A stretch of DNA of 64,000 nucleotides, taken from the NCBI GenBank assembly GCA_020636045.1, contig JACJYP010000006.1, forward strand, positions 5,733-69,732, written 5' to 3'. This document shows positions 38,001-44,555 of the stretch, piece after piece; the first letter of the stretch is position 1; each line of letters begins with the position of its first letter. Position numbers and translations under genes: made by a program. Origin of the DNA: Lewinellaceae bacterium (GTDB lineage: Bacteria > Bacteroidota > Bacteroidia > Chitinophagales > Saprospiraceae). The notes beneath the pieces were generated by a model. That model was not told where the DNA came from. It saw only the letters and a list, made by a program, of their open reading frames with translations, and did no database searches.

Positions 38001-38207
38001 CAACGGCACAAGTGCCGGGATCGGGCGCAGGGTTACTGCCGGCAAGCCGAAAGGATTTTCAGCGGGCGGCACGGCGGGTTTGGGGGCGTTCAGTTTTAGT
38101 TCGGCGGAGGTGTAGGTCTTTTTCTGAAGCGGCGGATTTTTTTTGGCGCTTTGGGCCAGGAGCCCGCAGGCCGGGAGTAAGAGGGCGAGCAGAAGGATTT
38201 TCTTCAT
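35079..38207 (-). CDS. M4 (thermolysin-like) metalloprotease with propeptide, C-terminal beta-propeller-like region and T9SS sorting domain
   Basis: HEMTH zinc motif with GALNESFADIFG 20 aa downstream. N-terminal signal plus an FTP/PepSY-like propeptide. PD40/TolB-like repeats (ISKDGRFVASLTDDGDNLIYVYD). The C-terminal LSLSPNPAVDVTYLNI...GTYIVQL is a T9SS CTD. Confidence 0.9.
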   Translation of the reverse strand: MKKILLLALLLPACGLLAQSAKKNPPLQKKTYTSAELKLNAPKPAVPPAENPFGLPAVTLRPIPALVPLSAPSAPQVRITRGENGLPILFEGRTEASVPTGDVNSDALNYLASLNPAGIAEPLAEFTAVRVETDQLGNSHVRLEQQYQGVPVYGGELIAHLRNGAFDLLNGRYYPTPQLNSVQPAINADRAVELVREAIGPDKVKTNWSAEELKLLNAAPYHAQLVIYHHNSQLDNERLAWYVEAHPNLLSREIYFIDAVSGDVIHHYDYTCKIDGGRHEHQEHSDTPAPETDREANIPPPPTDGSGFDLFNVLRSFKVWQQNGTYYMEDATKSMFNSSASNMPGDPVGVIVTLDALNTSPENQNFDYTLVNSGSASFNNKAAVSAHLNSVKSYDYYQSTFNRKSIDGVGGNILAFVNVSESNGASMENAYWNGAAMWYGKGGSTFQELARGLDVGGHEMTHGVVEKTANLVYQSESGALNESFADIFGAMIDRDDWQIGEDVMQPGTNAALRSLQDPHNGVSSNSPWWQPKHVNEQYNGSQDNGGVHINSGIPNHAFYLFAIQASVGKDKAEQVFYKALRDYLVKSSKFVDLRIAVLQAANELYGSAVANAAASAFDQVGILGSSPGGNYLGQLQVNPGDDYILCVSNDYKNLDLAIGNGTVLGTIYNQGLKSRPSITDNGSQIVFVNAAGHIITVDMVYTQTDIIPTVNPPISAAPVWRNAAISKDGRFVASLTDDGDNLIYVYDILTNQQEVFTLYNPTYSNGGQVTGEVQYADVLEFDHSGNYIMYDSYNELSNSQGLDISYWDIGFLKFWENGGFTNGNNAFISKLFNGLPEKTSVGNPAFAKNSPYVIAFDYIDEQSNQYDVYGANVETGDYNVVLANNGDLGWPNYNRLDNAMIYEGPNSSGVTNIYTRGLAADKITPSGNESLLIGNRNWGVWYADGDRSLVVGTNEPGQAAFDLSLSPNPAVDVTYLNITAKNASQARVSLINLMGETLQSRELQLAEGANRLDLNLHELPSGTYIVQLFSGGSAAALKLVKQ

Positions 38208-38523
38208 CGGTTAAAGTTTAGTTTGTTAAGTAAAAACCGGTTCCGGGAAGCGTGCCGGGCGGGTTGCCAAAGATCGGCAGTACGAAAATATTAGCGGCTG
38301 TTTGGGTTCGTCTGATGGAGCGAAAAATCAGTCTTAATTGTTGTCAGGTAGGCCGGTTTTTGATCGAATAGCAATGCTATTGGCAAAAAAACAGGGAAAG
38401 TGTGCCGGCAAAGAACATTTTAGCCCATAATAACGAATTCAAACAGCACTTCCCCAAGACGGAAGTTTTCCGCATCGGGATGCGTTTGCAGAAAAAAAAT
38501 GAGGTGTAACGGACAATGCTGCT

Positions 38524-38949
38524 TTATTCCTGTAACCGCGTTTCCACAAAAGTGCGACACCAGTCCCTGATGCGATCGCGCACATCGCGGAACTGCTGCC
38601 GGATCTCCGCTTCCGAACCCGTTGCTTTTGCCGGGTCGGGAAAGTTCTGGTGCAGGCGTTCTACGGCGCCCGGGAAAATCGGGCATTGTTCGTTGGCGTG
38701 ATCGCAAACGGTGATCACCACATCGAACGGAATGTTGCGGTACTCGTCTACGTGGTGGCTGCGATGATGAGCGATATAGATGCCGTCCTCCATCATGGCG
38801 GCCACGGCACGCGGGTTGAGGCCGTGGGTTTCTACGCCGGCGCTGTAAATGCGCGCCCGGTCGCCGGCAAAGTGCTCCAGATAACCGTGGGCCATCTGGC
38901 TGCGGCAGCTGTTGCCTGTACACAGCACGAGAATATTTTTTTGTTTCAT
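38524..38949 (-). CDS. arsC: Arsenate reductase, LMW-PTPase (thioredoxin-coupled) type
   Basis: CX5R P-loop in ILVLCTGNSCRSQMAHG plus downstream Cys residues (VITVCDHANEQCP). Confidence 0.85.
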   Translation of the reverse strand: MKQKNILVLCTGNSCRSQMAHGYLEHFAGDRARIYSAGVETHGLNPRAVAAMMEDGIYIAHHRSHHVDEYRNIPFDVVITVCDHANEQCPIFPGAVERLHQNFPDPAKATGSEAEIRQQFRDVRDRIRDWCRTFVETRLQE

Positions 38950-38973
38950 CAGCGTTAAAAAAAATAGCTGCGC

Positions 38974-39312
38974 TCAGCAACAATCGGAATTGGGTTTCAG
39001 GGCGCGCAGGGATGCGCCGAATTGCTCCAGGCGTTCGAGCATACTTTCAAAATGCTCCCAATGAATGCAATAACAGGAACGTACGCCCTCTATTTCGCCG
39101 GTGATCAGACCCGCGTTTTTTAATTCCTTCAGGTGCTGCGAAACGGTGGCCTGTGCCAGGGGCAGCACCTCGACGATCTCGCCGCAGATGCACACCTTTT
39201 TCTCGGCCAGGGTGCGAAGGATCGCCACCCGGGCGGGATGTGAAAGGGCTTTGGCAAACTCCGCGAGCGCTACATCGCTTTCCGCGAAGGCATGTTTTTT
39301 ATTGACAGCCAT
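38974..39312 (-). CDS. arsR: ArsR/SmtB-family metalloregulatory repressor
   Basis: Winged HTH ([16 protein letters not shown]) and a metal-site CxC in KKVCICGEI. Confidence 0.85.
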   Translation of the reverse strand: MAVNKKHAFAESDVALAEFAKALSHPARVAILRTLAEKKVCICGEIVEVLPLAQATVSQHLKELKNAGLITGEIEGVRSCYCIHWEHFESMLERLEQFGASLRALKPNSDCC

Positions 39313-39329
39313 GGTTGATGTTTATATCG

Positions 39330-39337
39330 CAAATATA
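39330..39337 (-). promoter_or_regulatory. Candidate -7 promoter box for arsR-arsC
   Basis: The minus strand reads TATATTTG (TAnnTTTG), 18 nt upstream of the arsR ATG. Confidence 0.35.
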
Positions 39338-39390
39338 CGATGGTTTGTAGTGCGAAACAGCGTTGCGGCCGGGAAGTTTACCGCCAGGGC

Positions 39391-39897
39391 TTATTCTTCC
39401 GATTCTGACACCCTTTCCAGTATCCGGAAGGTATAGGACCATTCGTTTTTGGCATCCGGCTGATGGATTTCCTGCCAGGTTTCGCGCCACGCTGCAGGAT
39501 CGAGTTCCGGGAAAAAGACATCGCCATCCACTTCCAGGTCTACTTCGGTCAGGTACACCTTGTCCCAGAGGTCCCGGCTTTCGCGGTATATCTCGCCGCC
39601 GCCGATGATAAAGGCTTCCGCCTCGCCGTTGTCGAAAGCGATGCCCAGCGCCTCTTCGATCGAATGGGCTACCAGCACACCGTCGGCCCGGTAAAAGGGA
39701 TCGCGCGTGATCACGATATTGGTGCGTTTGGGGAGCGGCCGTCCGATACTTTTAAAACAGTTGCGCCCCATCAGTACATGGTGCTGGAGCGTGGTGCGTT
39801 TGAAATAAGCGAGATCGGCAGGCAGATACCAGGGGATCTGGTTGTCTTTTCCGATGACATTATTGCGGGCCGTGGCGACGATAGCAGAAACGATCAT
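39391..39897 (-). CDS. folA: Dihydrofolate reductase
   Basis: MIVSAIVATARNNVIGKDNQIPWYLPADLAYFKRTT...MGRNCFKSIGRPLPKRTNIV is canonical DHFR. The upstream part of the listed 242-aa ORF overlaps the preceding gene and is Arg/Gly-rich junk, so I use the ATG at 39897. Confidence 0.9.
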   Translation of the reverse strand: MIVSAIVATARNNVIGKDNQIPWYLPADLAYFKRTTLQHHVLMGRNCFKSIGRPLPKRTNIVITRDPFYRADGVLVAHSIEEALGIAFDNGEAEAFIIGGGEIYRESRDLWDKVYLTEVDLEVDGDVFFPELDPAAWRETWQEIHQPDAKNEWSYTFRILERVSESEE

Positions 39898-39917
39898 GGG
39901 TGCAAAAATATAAGGGG

Positions 39918-40739
39918 TCAGAGTGTTTTCAGCAATTCCCGCACCAGCAGGCGGAGCCGGGGCTCGGCTTCGGTCGCGGTAGCGATCACCTCCTCCAGGG
40001 TCGTTTCGCGAATTGCGGAGAGCGGATAGGATACGTTCGAGATAAGCGACAGCATCGCAACCGGCAATCCCATGTGCCGGGCCACCAGCACCTCGGGGAT
40101 CGATGACATGCCCGTACAATCGCTGCCGAGCCGCCGGAGCATCCCGTATTCCGCGGGCGTTTCCAGATTGGGGCCCTGCATGGAAGAATACACGCCCTCG
40201 ATGGCCCGGATCGAGTGTGTTTTGGCAATCGCCAGCGCGCGGGCGCGCAGATCGCGGTCGTAAGTATGCAGCATGTCGGGGAAGCGCGGACCGATGCGTT
40301 CGTCGTTTTCGCCGCGCAGCGGATTTTCGGGCAACAGGTTGATATGGTCGCGCACGACCACCAGATCGCCCGCCTTCAAGTGCGGGTTTACCCCGCCCGA
40401 AACATTGGTAATGATGAGCCTTTCGATGCCGAGAAATTTCAGCACGCGCACCGGAAAGGTCACCTGTTGCATCGACCAGCCTTCGTAGTAGTGAAAACGC
40501 CCGGCCATCACCACGACAGGGTGCCCGCCGAGGCGGCCAAATACCAGACTGCCTTTATGGCTTTCCACGGTGCTGACGGCAAAGTGCGGGATCTCGCGAT
40601 ACGGGATCTCCGCTTCCACATCAATATCGTCGGTCAGGTTGCCCAGCCCGGTGCCAAGGATGATGCCGGTACGGGGCGCAGCAGCCACGCGGTTGCGGAT
40701 AAAAGAAATTGCTTCCTGGATCTGGTTGTAAAGAGACAT
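39918..40739 (-). CDS. Purine nucleoside phosphorylase (trimeric PNP/PunA type)
   Basis: GIILGTGLG, GRFHYYEG and GMSSIPEVLVARHMG motifs. I use the ATG at 40739 (MSLYNQIQEA...). Confidence 0.88.
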   Translation of the reverse strand: MSLYNQIQEAISFIRNRVAAAPRTGIILGTGLGNLTDDIDVEAEIPYREIPHFAVSTVESHKGSLVFGRLGGHPVVVMAGRFHYYEGWSMQQVTFPVRVLKFLGIERLIITNVSGGVNPHLKAGDLVVVRDHINLLPENPLRGENDERIGPRFPDMLHTYDRDLRARALAIAKTHSIRAIEGVYSSMQGPNLETPAEYGMLRRLGSDCTGMSSIPEVLVARHMGLPVAMLSLISNVSYPLSAIRETTLEEVIATATEAEPRLRLLVRELLKTL

Positions 40740-40852
40740 ACGGCGGCAGTTGGCAGTAACAGGGGCTATTGGCGGGGCAAGTTCGCAAATGGAGACCAAT
40801 TGCTTCACATGCTTTACCGGTAAAGTGGAATACTGCTACTGCCAACTGTCAC

Positions 40853-41761
40853 TCACTCCAGTCCCTTGGGTTTTTTGATCGTGAATACCCGTGAAACATT
40901 AAAGCCGAAGCGGATACCGCTCAGCATACGTCCGCTGGCATCTTTGAAAAACCAGTCTTCCGGCGTTTCGGTGATAAAACCTTTGTAGGTCATATCCTGG
41001 GTATTCGTAAAATGCAACTGGAATACGTGCCCGCCCGTCTCGATCTCGAAGCCGACCGACAGGGCGTTGGCGAAACTCTGGCTGATCTGCCCTTCCGGTA
41101 CGTAGTAGTACTCGGCGTTGAAAGTCACGCGTTTGGTAATCTTGATCCGGCCTGCTGCGCCGATAGCAAATACGTCGTTTTTGTCTTCGGTCGTTGCCAC
41201 GAGGTTGCGGTGCACCAGCGTAGGCATGAGTTGCAGCGAAAGGCGTTCGCTGAATTTGCGAGCGATCAGCAGCTGGTGGGTGTAGTAAAGCCGCGAACTG
41301 AATTTGTTCTCCCGTTCCGGGTCCTGAAATTTGACGGTTTTGATCTGCCCGTCGATCAGGTACGACAGCGTGATCGGCATGTTGCGTTTGCCGGTGCTTT
41401 GCCGCAGCAATTTGTATTTCGCGAACCCGTCCACGATCTTTTCCCGGCCGCCGCGGCCGATGCCCACCATCAGGCGGTCGGTGATGCCGTAGTCGAGTCC
41501 GATGCGGATCGTGGCGGCATCGAGGCCGAACATATCGTACACGCCATTGCGCAGCGGCGCGAAGCGGTGCGAAATCTTGAAATCGAGCACGCCGCCCCCG
41601 CAATTTTCCACGGAATGGCCGTTGACGATCCGGGTGGTTTTGAAGGTGGCAGTGGTATAATCCGTCGTTTCCTCTTCTCCGAGAAGTGAAAGCAGATCAT
41701 TGTCCTGGCCTGGGAGGAGTTGCGCGGCCAGTAGAAAAACGAAGAGAAAAAGTTTTTTCAT
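40853..41761 (-). CDS. DUF5777-family outer-membrane beta-barrel protein
   Basis: Signal peptide MKKLFLFVFLLAAQLLPGQ, FKTTRIVNGHSVE near the N-terminus, and alternating beta-strand sequence ending in an aromatic-rich C-terminus. Confidence 0.65.
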   Translation of the reverse strand: MKKLFLFVFLLAAQLLPGQDNDLLSLLGEEETTDYTTATFKTTRIVNGHSVENCGGGVLDFKISHRFAPLRNGVYDMFGLDAATIRIGLDYGITDRLMVGIGRGGREKIVDGFAKYKLLRQSTGKRNMPITLSYLIDGQIKTVKFQDPERENKFSSRLYYTHQLLIARKFSERLSLQLMPTLVHRNLVATTEDKNDVFAIGAAGRIKITKRVTFNAEYYYVPEGQISQSFANALSVGFEIETGGHVFQLHFTNTQDMTYKGFITETPEDWFFKDASGRMLSGIRFGFNVSRVFTIKKPKGLE

Positions 41762-41880
41762 AAAAGATTGATTGTCATTGGTTAACAAACTCAAATGAAC
41801 AGGCGGGAGAGGGGCGACCCGTATATTGTGGTCATCCGCCTGTCCCGCCGGGCGTCATTCGTTTTCCGGTGTGCGGCCGG

Positions 41881-42432
41881 TTATTTTTTCAAAGGCTGGA
41901 GCGTGGCATCCAGCGTTACTTTAATTTCATTGGCGATGTTGGCCACTTTGGCCGCCTCGATCTTGATATTGAAATCGGAACACGCGACCGTAAAATCGGA
42001 ATGTATGGCGATCGAACCTTGTTTGACCGTGATCGTGCCCGTGGCCTCGAGGTCTTTCTCTACGCCGTGTATTTTCATCTTGCCTTTTACCGTGGCTTTG
42101 TATCTGCCGTCCTTGCCGAGATTGACCTCGTTCAGGTTGGCGATGCTGCCTTTAAAACTGGCGTCCGGGTATTTGGACGACTCCATGTAGTTTTCGTTGA
42201 AATGTTCCTGCATCAGGGCTTTTTCAAACAAAAAGCCTTTGATCAGGACCTTCCATTCCATCTGGCCCGTCGAAACATCCAGAATGCCGGTACCGCTTTT
42301 ATTGACGGCTTCGATCTTTTCCAGCGAGGCATCCGAGAAGAATTTCACTTTTGCGTCGCGGGTGAAGTATTTCTGGGCAGAAACATGGGCGGCGCCCAGG
42401 AGAAGCATGATCGATAACAAAATGATACGCAT
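41881..42432 (-). CDS. YceI-family periplasmic (polyisoprenoid-binding-like) protein
   Basis: Signal peptide MRIILLSIMLLLGAAHVSAQ. Segments typical of the YceI lipocalin-like domain (KVKFFSDASLEKIEAVN, FNENYMESSKYPDASFKGSI, GKMKIHGVEKD). Confidence 0.75.
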   Translation of the reverse strand: MRIILLSIMLLLGAAHVSAQKYFTRDAKVKFFSDASLEKIEAVNKSGTGILDVSTGQMEWKVLIKGFLFEKALMQEHFNENYMESSKYPDASFKGSIANLNEVNLGKDGRYKATVKGKMKIHGVEKDLEATGTITVKQGSIAIHSDFTVACSDFNIKIEAAKVANIANEIKVTLDATLQPLKK

Positions 42433-42523
42433 AATGCCAGTTTTTGAGTGTTGAATATGTTGCACCGCTGAAAAGGTCATCGATGCAGTTCGTATTGAAG
42501 CGTATTCTATAAAACGCCCGTCG

Positions 42524-42934
42524 TTACTTTACTTCCACGCAGCGGGTGAGTTGCACGTCGAAATTGAGGCCCGTGCAAATCCCTTTGAATGTCACGGTCT
42601 CTCCTTCGGTGAAAGTGGTGCGGTCGTGCTTGCTGAGCGGGTCGAGTTCGCACAACACCCCGAAGTCGCTTCCCGTGTCGAGGTTCACTTTCGCCGTGCC
42701 GTCTTCGGCCGTCGAGCTTTCCTTCACCTTTCCAGTTACCGCGATGGTCTTGTCGAGGTATTTGGCGTTGGCGGCCGTTTCGTCGGCATTGTACTCGTCG
42801 AACAGCACATTCGCCTGGATCGCCAGATCGGTTTTGGCCGTTTCCATATTTTCATGGGGCTTGTTCCAGAGGTAGTACCCGACTGCGCCGCCGATCAGGG
42901 CAACTGCTGCGATAAAATAGAGTAGACGTTTCAT
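42524..42934 (-). CDS. Membrane-anchored OB-fold (tRNA_anti-like) protein
   Basis: N-terminal TM LLYFIAAVALIGGAVGYYLW followed by LFDEYNADETAANAKYLDKTIAVTGKV, the pattern I associate with the tRNA_anti-like OB family. Confidence 0.6.
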   Translation of the reverse strand: MKRLLYFIAAVALIGGAVGYYLWNKPHENMETAKTDLAIQANVLFDEYNADETAANAKYLDKTIAVTGKVKESSTAEDGTAKVNLDTGSDFGVLCELDPLSKHDRTTFTEGETVTFKGICTGLNFDVQLTRCVEVK

Positions 42935-42984
42935 TTACACGTGTATTTGGTTAAACATTACAGGCATTCCGGGCAGGGAGGATA

Positions 42985-43368
42985 TCAATTATTCGGCGCT
43001 CCGGCATTGACCCACGCCTCCATTTTTTCGCGGTTGCAGGGCAGCATCAGTCCGGTTTGCGGCATGGGCGCCGCAGCGCTGTTAATGCGTTCCACCAGTT
43101 GGCCGTTAAGGGCTACTACCTTAAGCTGGTCGTAGGTCTCGAAGGGAATACCGGAGTAAGTGGCGGGCAATGATGGCAGGTGGCAGTCGTAGCAGTTATC
43201 CTGCAGGATCTGTTTGATCTCTACGCTGTAGCGCATGTTCACGGTGTCGCAAGGCGTGGTGCCCGTGCCGTACAGGTCTTCCTCATTGTCATAAAAACAG
43301 CCGGAAGGCACGCAGAGTAAAAGGAACAGTCCGGCCAGCGTGCCGAAAGCGATGATTGTTTTTTTCAT
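42985..43368 (-). CDS. Lipoprotein with one PSCyt1-like c-type cytochrome module
   Basis: Lipobox VPSGC. CxxCH heme site in NCYDCH. Downstream MP...L...AWVNAGAPNN matches the PSCyt1-type pattern (CxxCH ... MP ... WI..GA). Confidence 0.65.
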   Translation of the reverse strand: MKKTIIAFGTLAGLFLLLCVPSGCFYDNEEDLYGTGTTPCDTVNMRYSVEIKQILQDNCYDCHLPSLPATYSGIPFETYDQLKVVALNGQLVERINSAAAPMPQTGLMLPCNREKMEAWVNAGAPNN

Positions 43369-43468
43369 TGTGGTACAGTACAATTTTTATAACGTGTTCA
43401 AGCGGCCAAAGGTAGCGCTTCGATAAAAACACCCTGAGCGGGGAAATCCGGATTTGCCGATGCGGGCA

Positions 43469-44215
43469 TTAATTTTCAGGTGCGCCGGCGTCGATCCAGG
43501 CTTTCAGTTTGTCCAGCGTGCAGTCGTCCAGCCTGGCGCCGCCATTGGGCATCCAGTTGACGCTGCGCGTCACGGCTGCATAAAGCTTGCCATTTTGAGC
43601 GTAAGTCTTTACACCCGCATACGTGGACAGGTTGACACCACCCTGGGGTGCGCTGCCGCTATGGCAACCCTGGCAACGCGCCTGTACGAGCGGCTGCACG
43701 AAGGCGCTGTATTTCACGCCGGCAGTTTCACATGCGCCCTGGTTCTCGTTGCAGCTGTTGTTTTTGGCGCCCTGCTGTATCCAGGTGCCGATCAGGTTGA
43801 TCTGCTCCTGCGATAGCGGAGCTTTGCCGTAGGGCATCCGGTCGTCGGGATCGTCGTCGAGCAATGCGCGCATGAGCTTGTTCTCGCCCCAGTTGGGATC
43901 GGTGACGTGTTCTACCGTCGACATCAGACCGGCATAGGAACTCAGCACGACGCCGTCTTCCTTGTCGACGGCGTTGTGGCAGCCCGATTCCGTACAATTG
44001 GAGATCAGGATCGGCAGGATCTGGTTCTGGAAATAAACGGAGTCGGGGTCGCAGGGCACTCCGGTTACCGGATTGCCGCCGGGATTGCCCGGCGGATCGG
44101 GCAGGGTATCGGTCGGGTCGATGCCGCCGTTCAGGATCGGGTCGTGTTTGCATGCGAGTGCCGACAGCACAAGCACCAGAACGGTGATCAAGGCAGGTAA
44201 TCTGAATTGTTGCAT
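43469..44215 (-). CDS. Lipoprotein with two PSCyt1-like c-type cytochrome modules
   Basis: Lipobox LSALAC. The first module has CTESGCH (CX4CH, 43976..43996) ...MPYG...TWIQQGAKNN. The second has RCQGCH ...MPNG...AWIDAGAPEN. Confidence 0.65.
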   Translation of the reverse strand: MQQFRLPALITVLVLVLSALACKHDPILNGGIDPTDTLPDPPGNPGGNPVTGVPCDPDSVYFQNQILPILISNCTESGCHNAVDKEDGVVLSSYAGLMSTVEHVTDPNWGENKLMRALLDDDPDDRMPYGKAPLSQEQINLIGTWIQQGAKNNSCNENQGACETAGVKYSAFVQPLVQARCQGCHSGSAPQGGVNLSTYAGVKTYAQNGKLYAAVTRSVNWMPNGGARLDDCTLDKLKAWIDAGAPEN

Positions 44216-44337
44216 GTTGAAAACAAATTGCCGAAGGCAGGTGTTGGGAAGTACCGGATTGAGATGATTTTGAAACGTAAAACTATTCGACAACTTTTGC
44301 TGCGGAAGGACTTACCTTACCGAACCCGGAAAAAGAC

Positions 44338-44478
44338 ATGCTGAACATGGAAAAAAAGCAATGGAAAGCCAGATTGCGGCAACTGGGTGTAGCCGGCGTG
44401 CTGTTTTTTACGATCAAGGGCATTCTGACCCTTACCGTTGGCGCCTGGCTGCTCAACCACCTCGGTTGCAGCGGGTGA
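44338..44478 (+). CDS. Possible 46-aa small membrane protein (below the ORF-track cutoff)
   Basis: My own translation is MLNMEKKQWKARLRQLGVAGVLFFTIKGILTLTVGAWLLNHLGCSG: basic N-terminus then a single TM. It lies in a 340-nt gap upstream of uvrA. The overlapping listed ORF 44361..44552 looks non-protein-like. Confidence 0.3.
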   Translation: MLNMEKKQWKARLRQLGVAGVLFFTIKGILTLTVGAWLLNHLGCSG

Positions 44479-44555
44479 ATTGCGCCCTTTTTTCAAAAAT
44501 TTGTTTTAAAAAGCCCGGGATTTTTCGCAAATTTGCGCCCTTACGCCGATAAGAA

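Noticed and set aside
38367-38381. Perfect 15-bp palindrome AATAGCA-A-TGCTATT about 160 nt upstream of the M4 protease gene, considered as an operator.
   Set aside because: It is a single occurrence in the window with no adjacent regulator, and a short AT-rich palindrome can arise by chance. Noted only for anyone mapping the protease promoter.
38524-39312. arsR-arsC considered as part of an arsenic-resistance island.
   Set aside because: No arsenite efflux pump (arsB/acr3) or arsA/arsD is adjacent. Flanking genes are core metabolism (folA, PNP) with similar composition.
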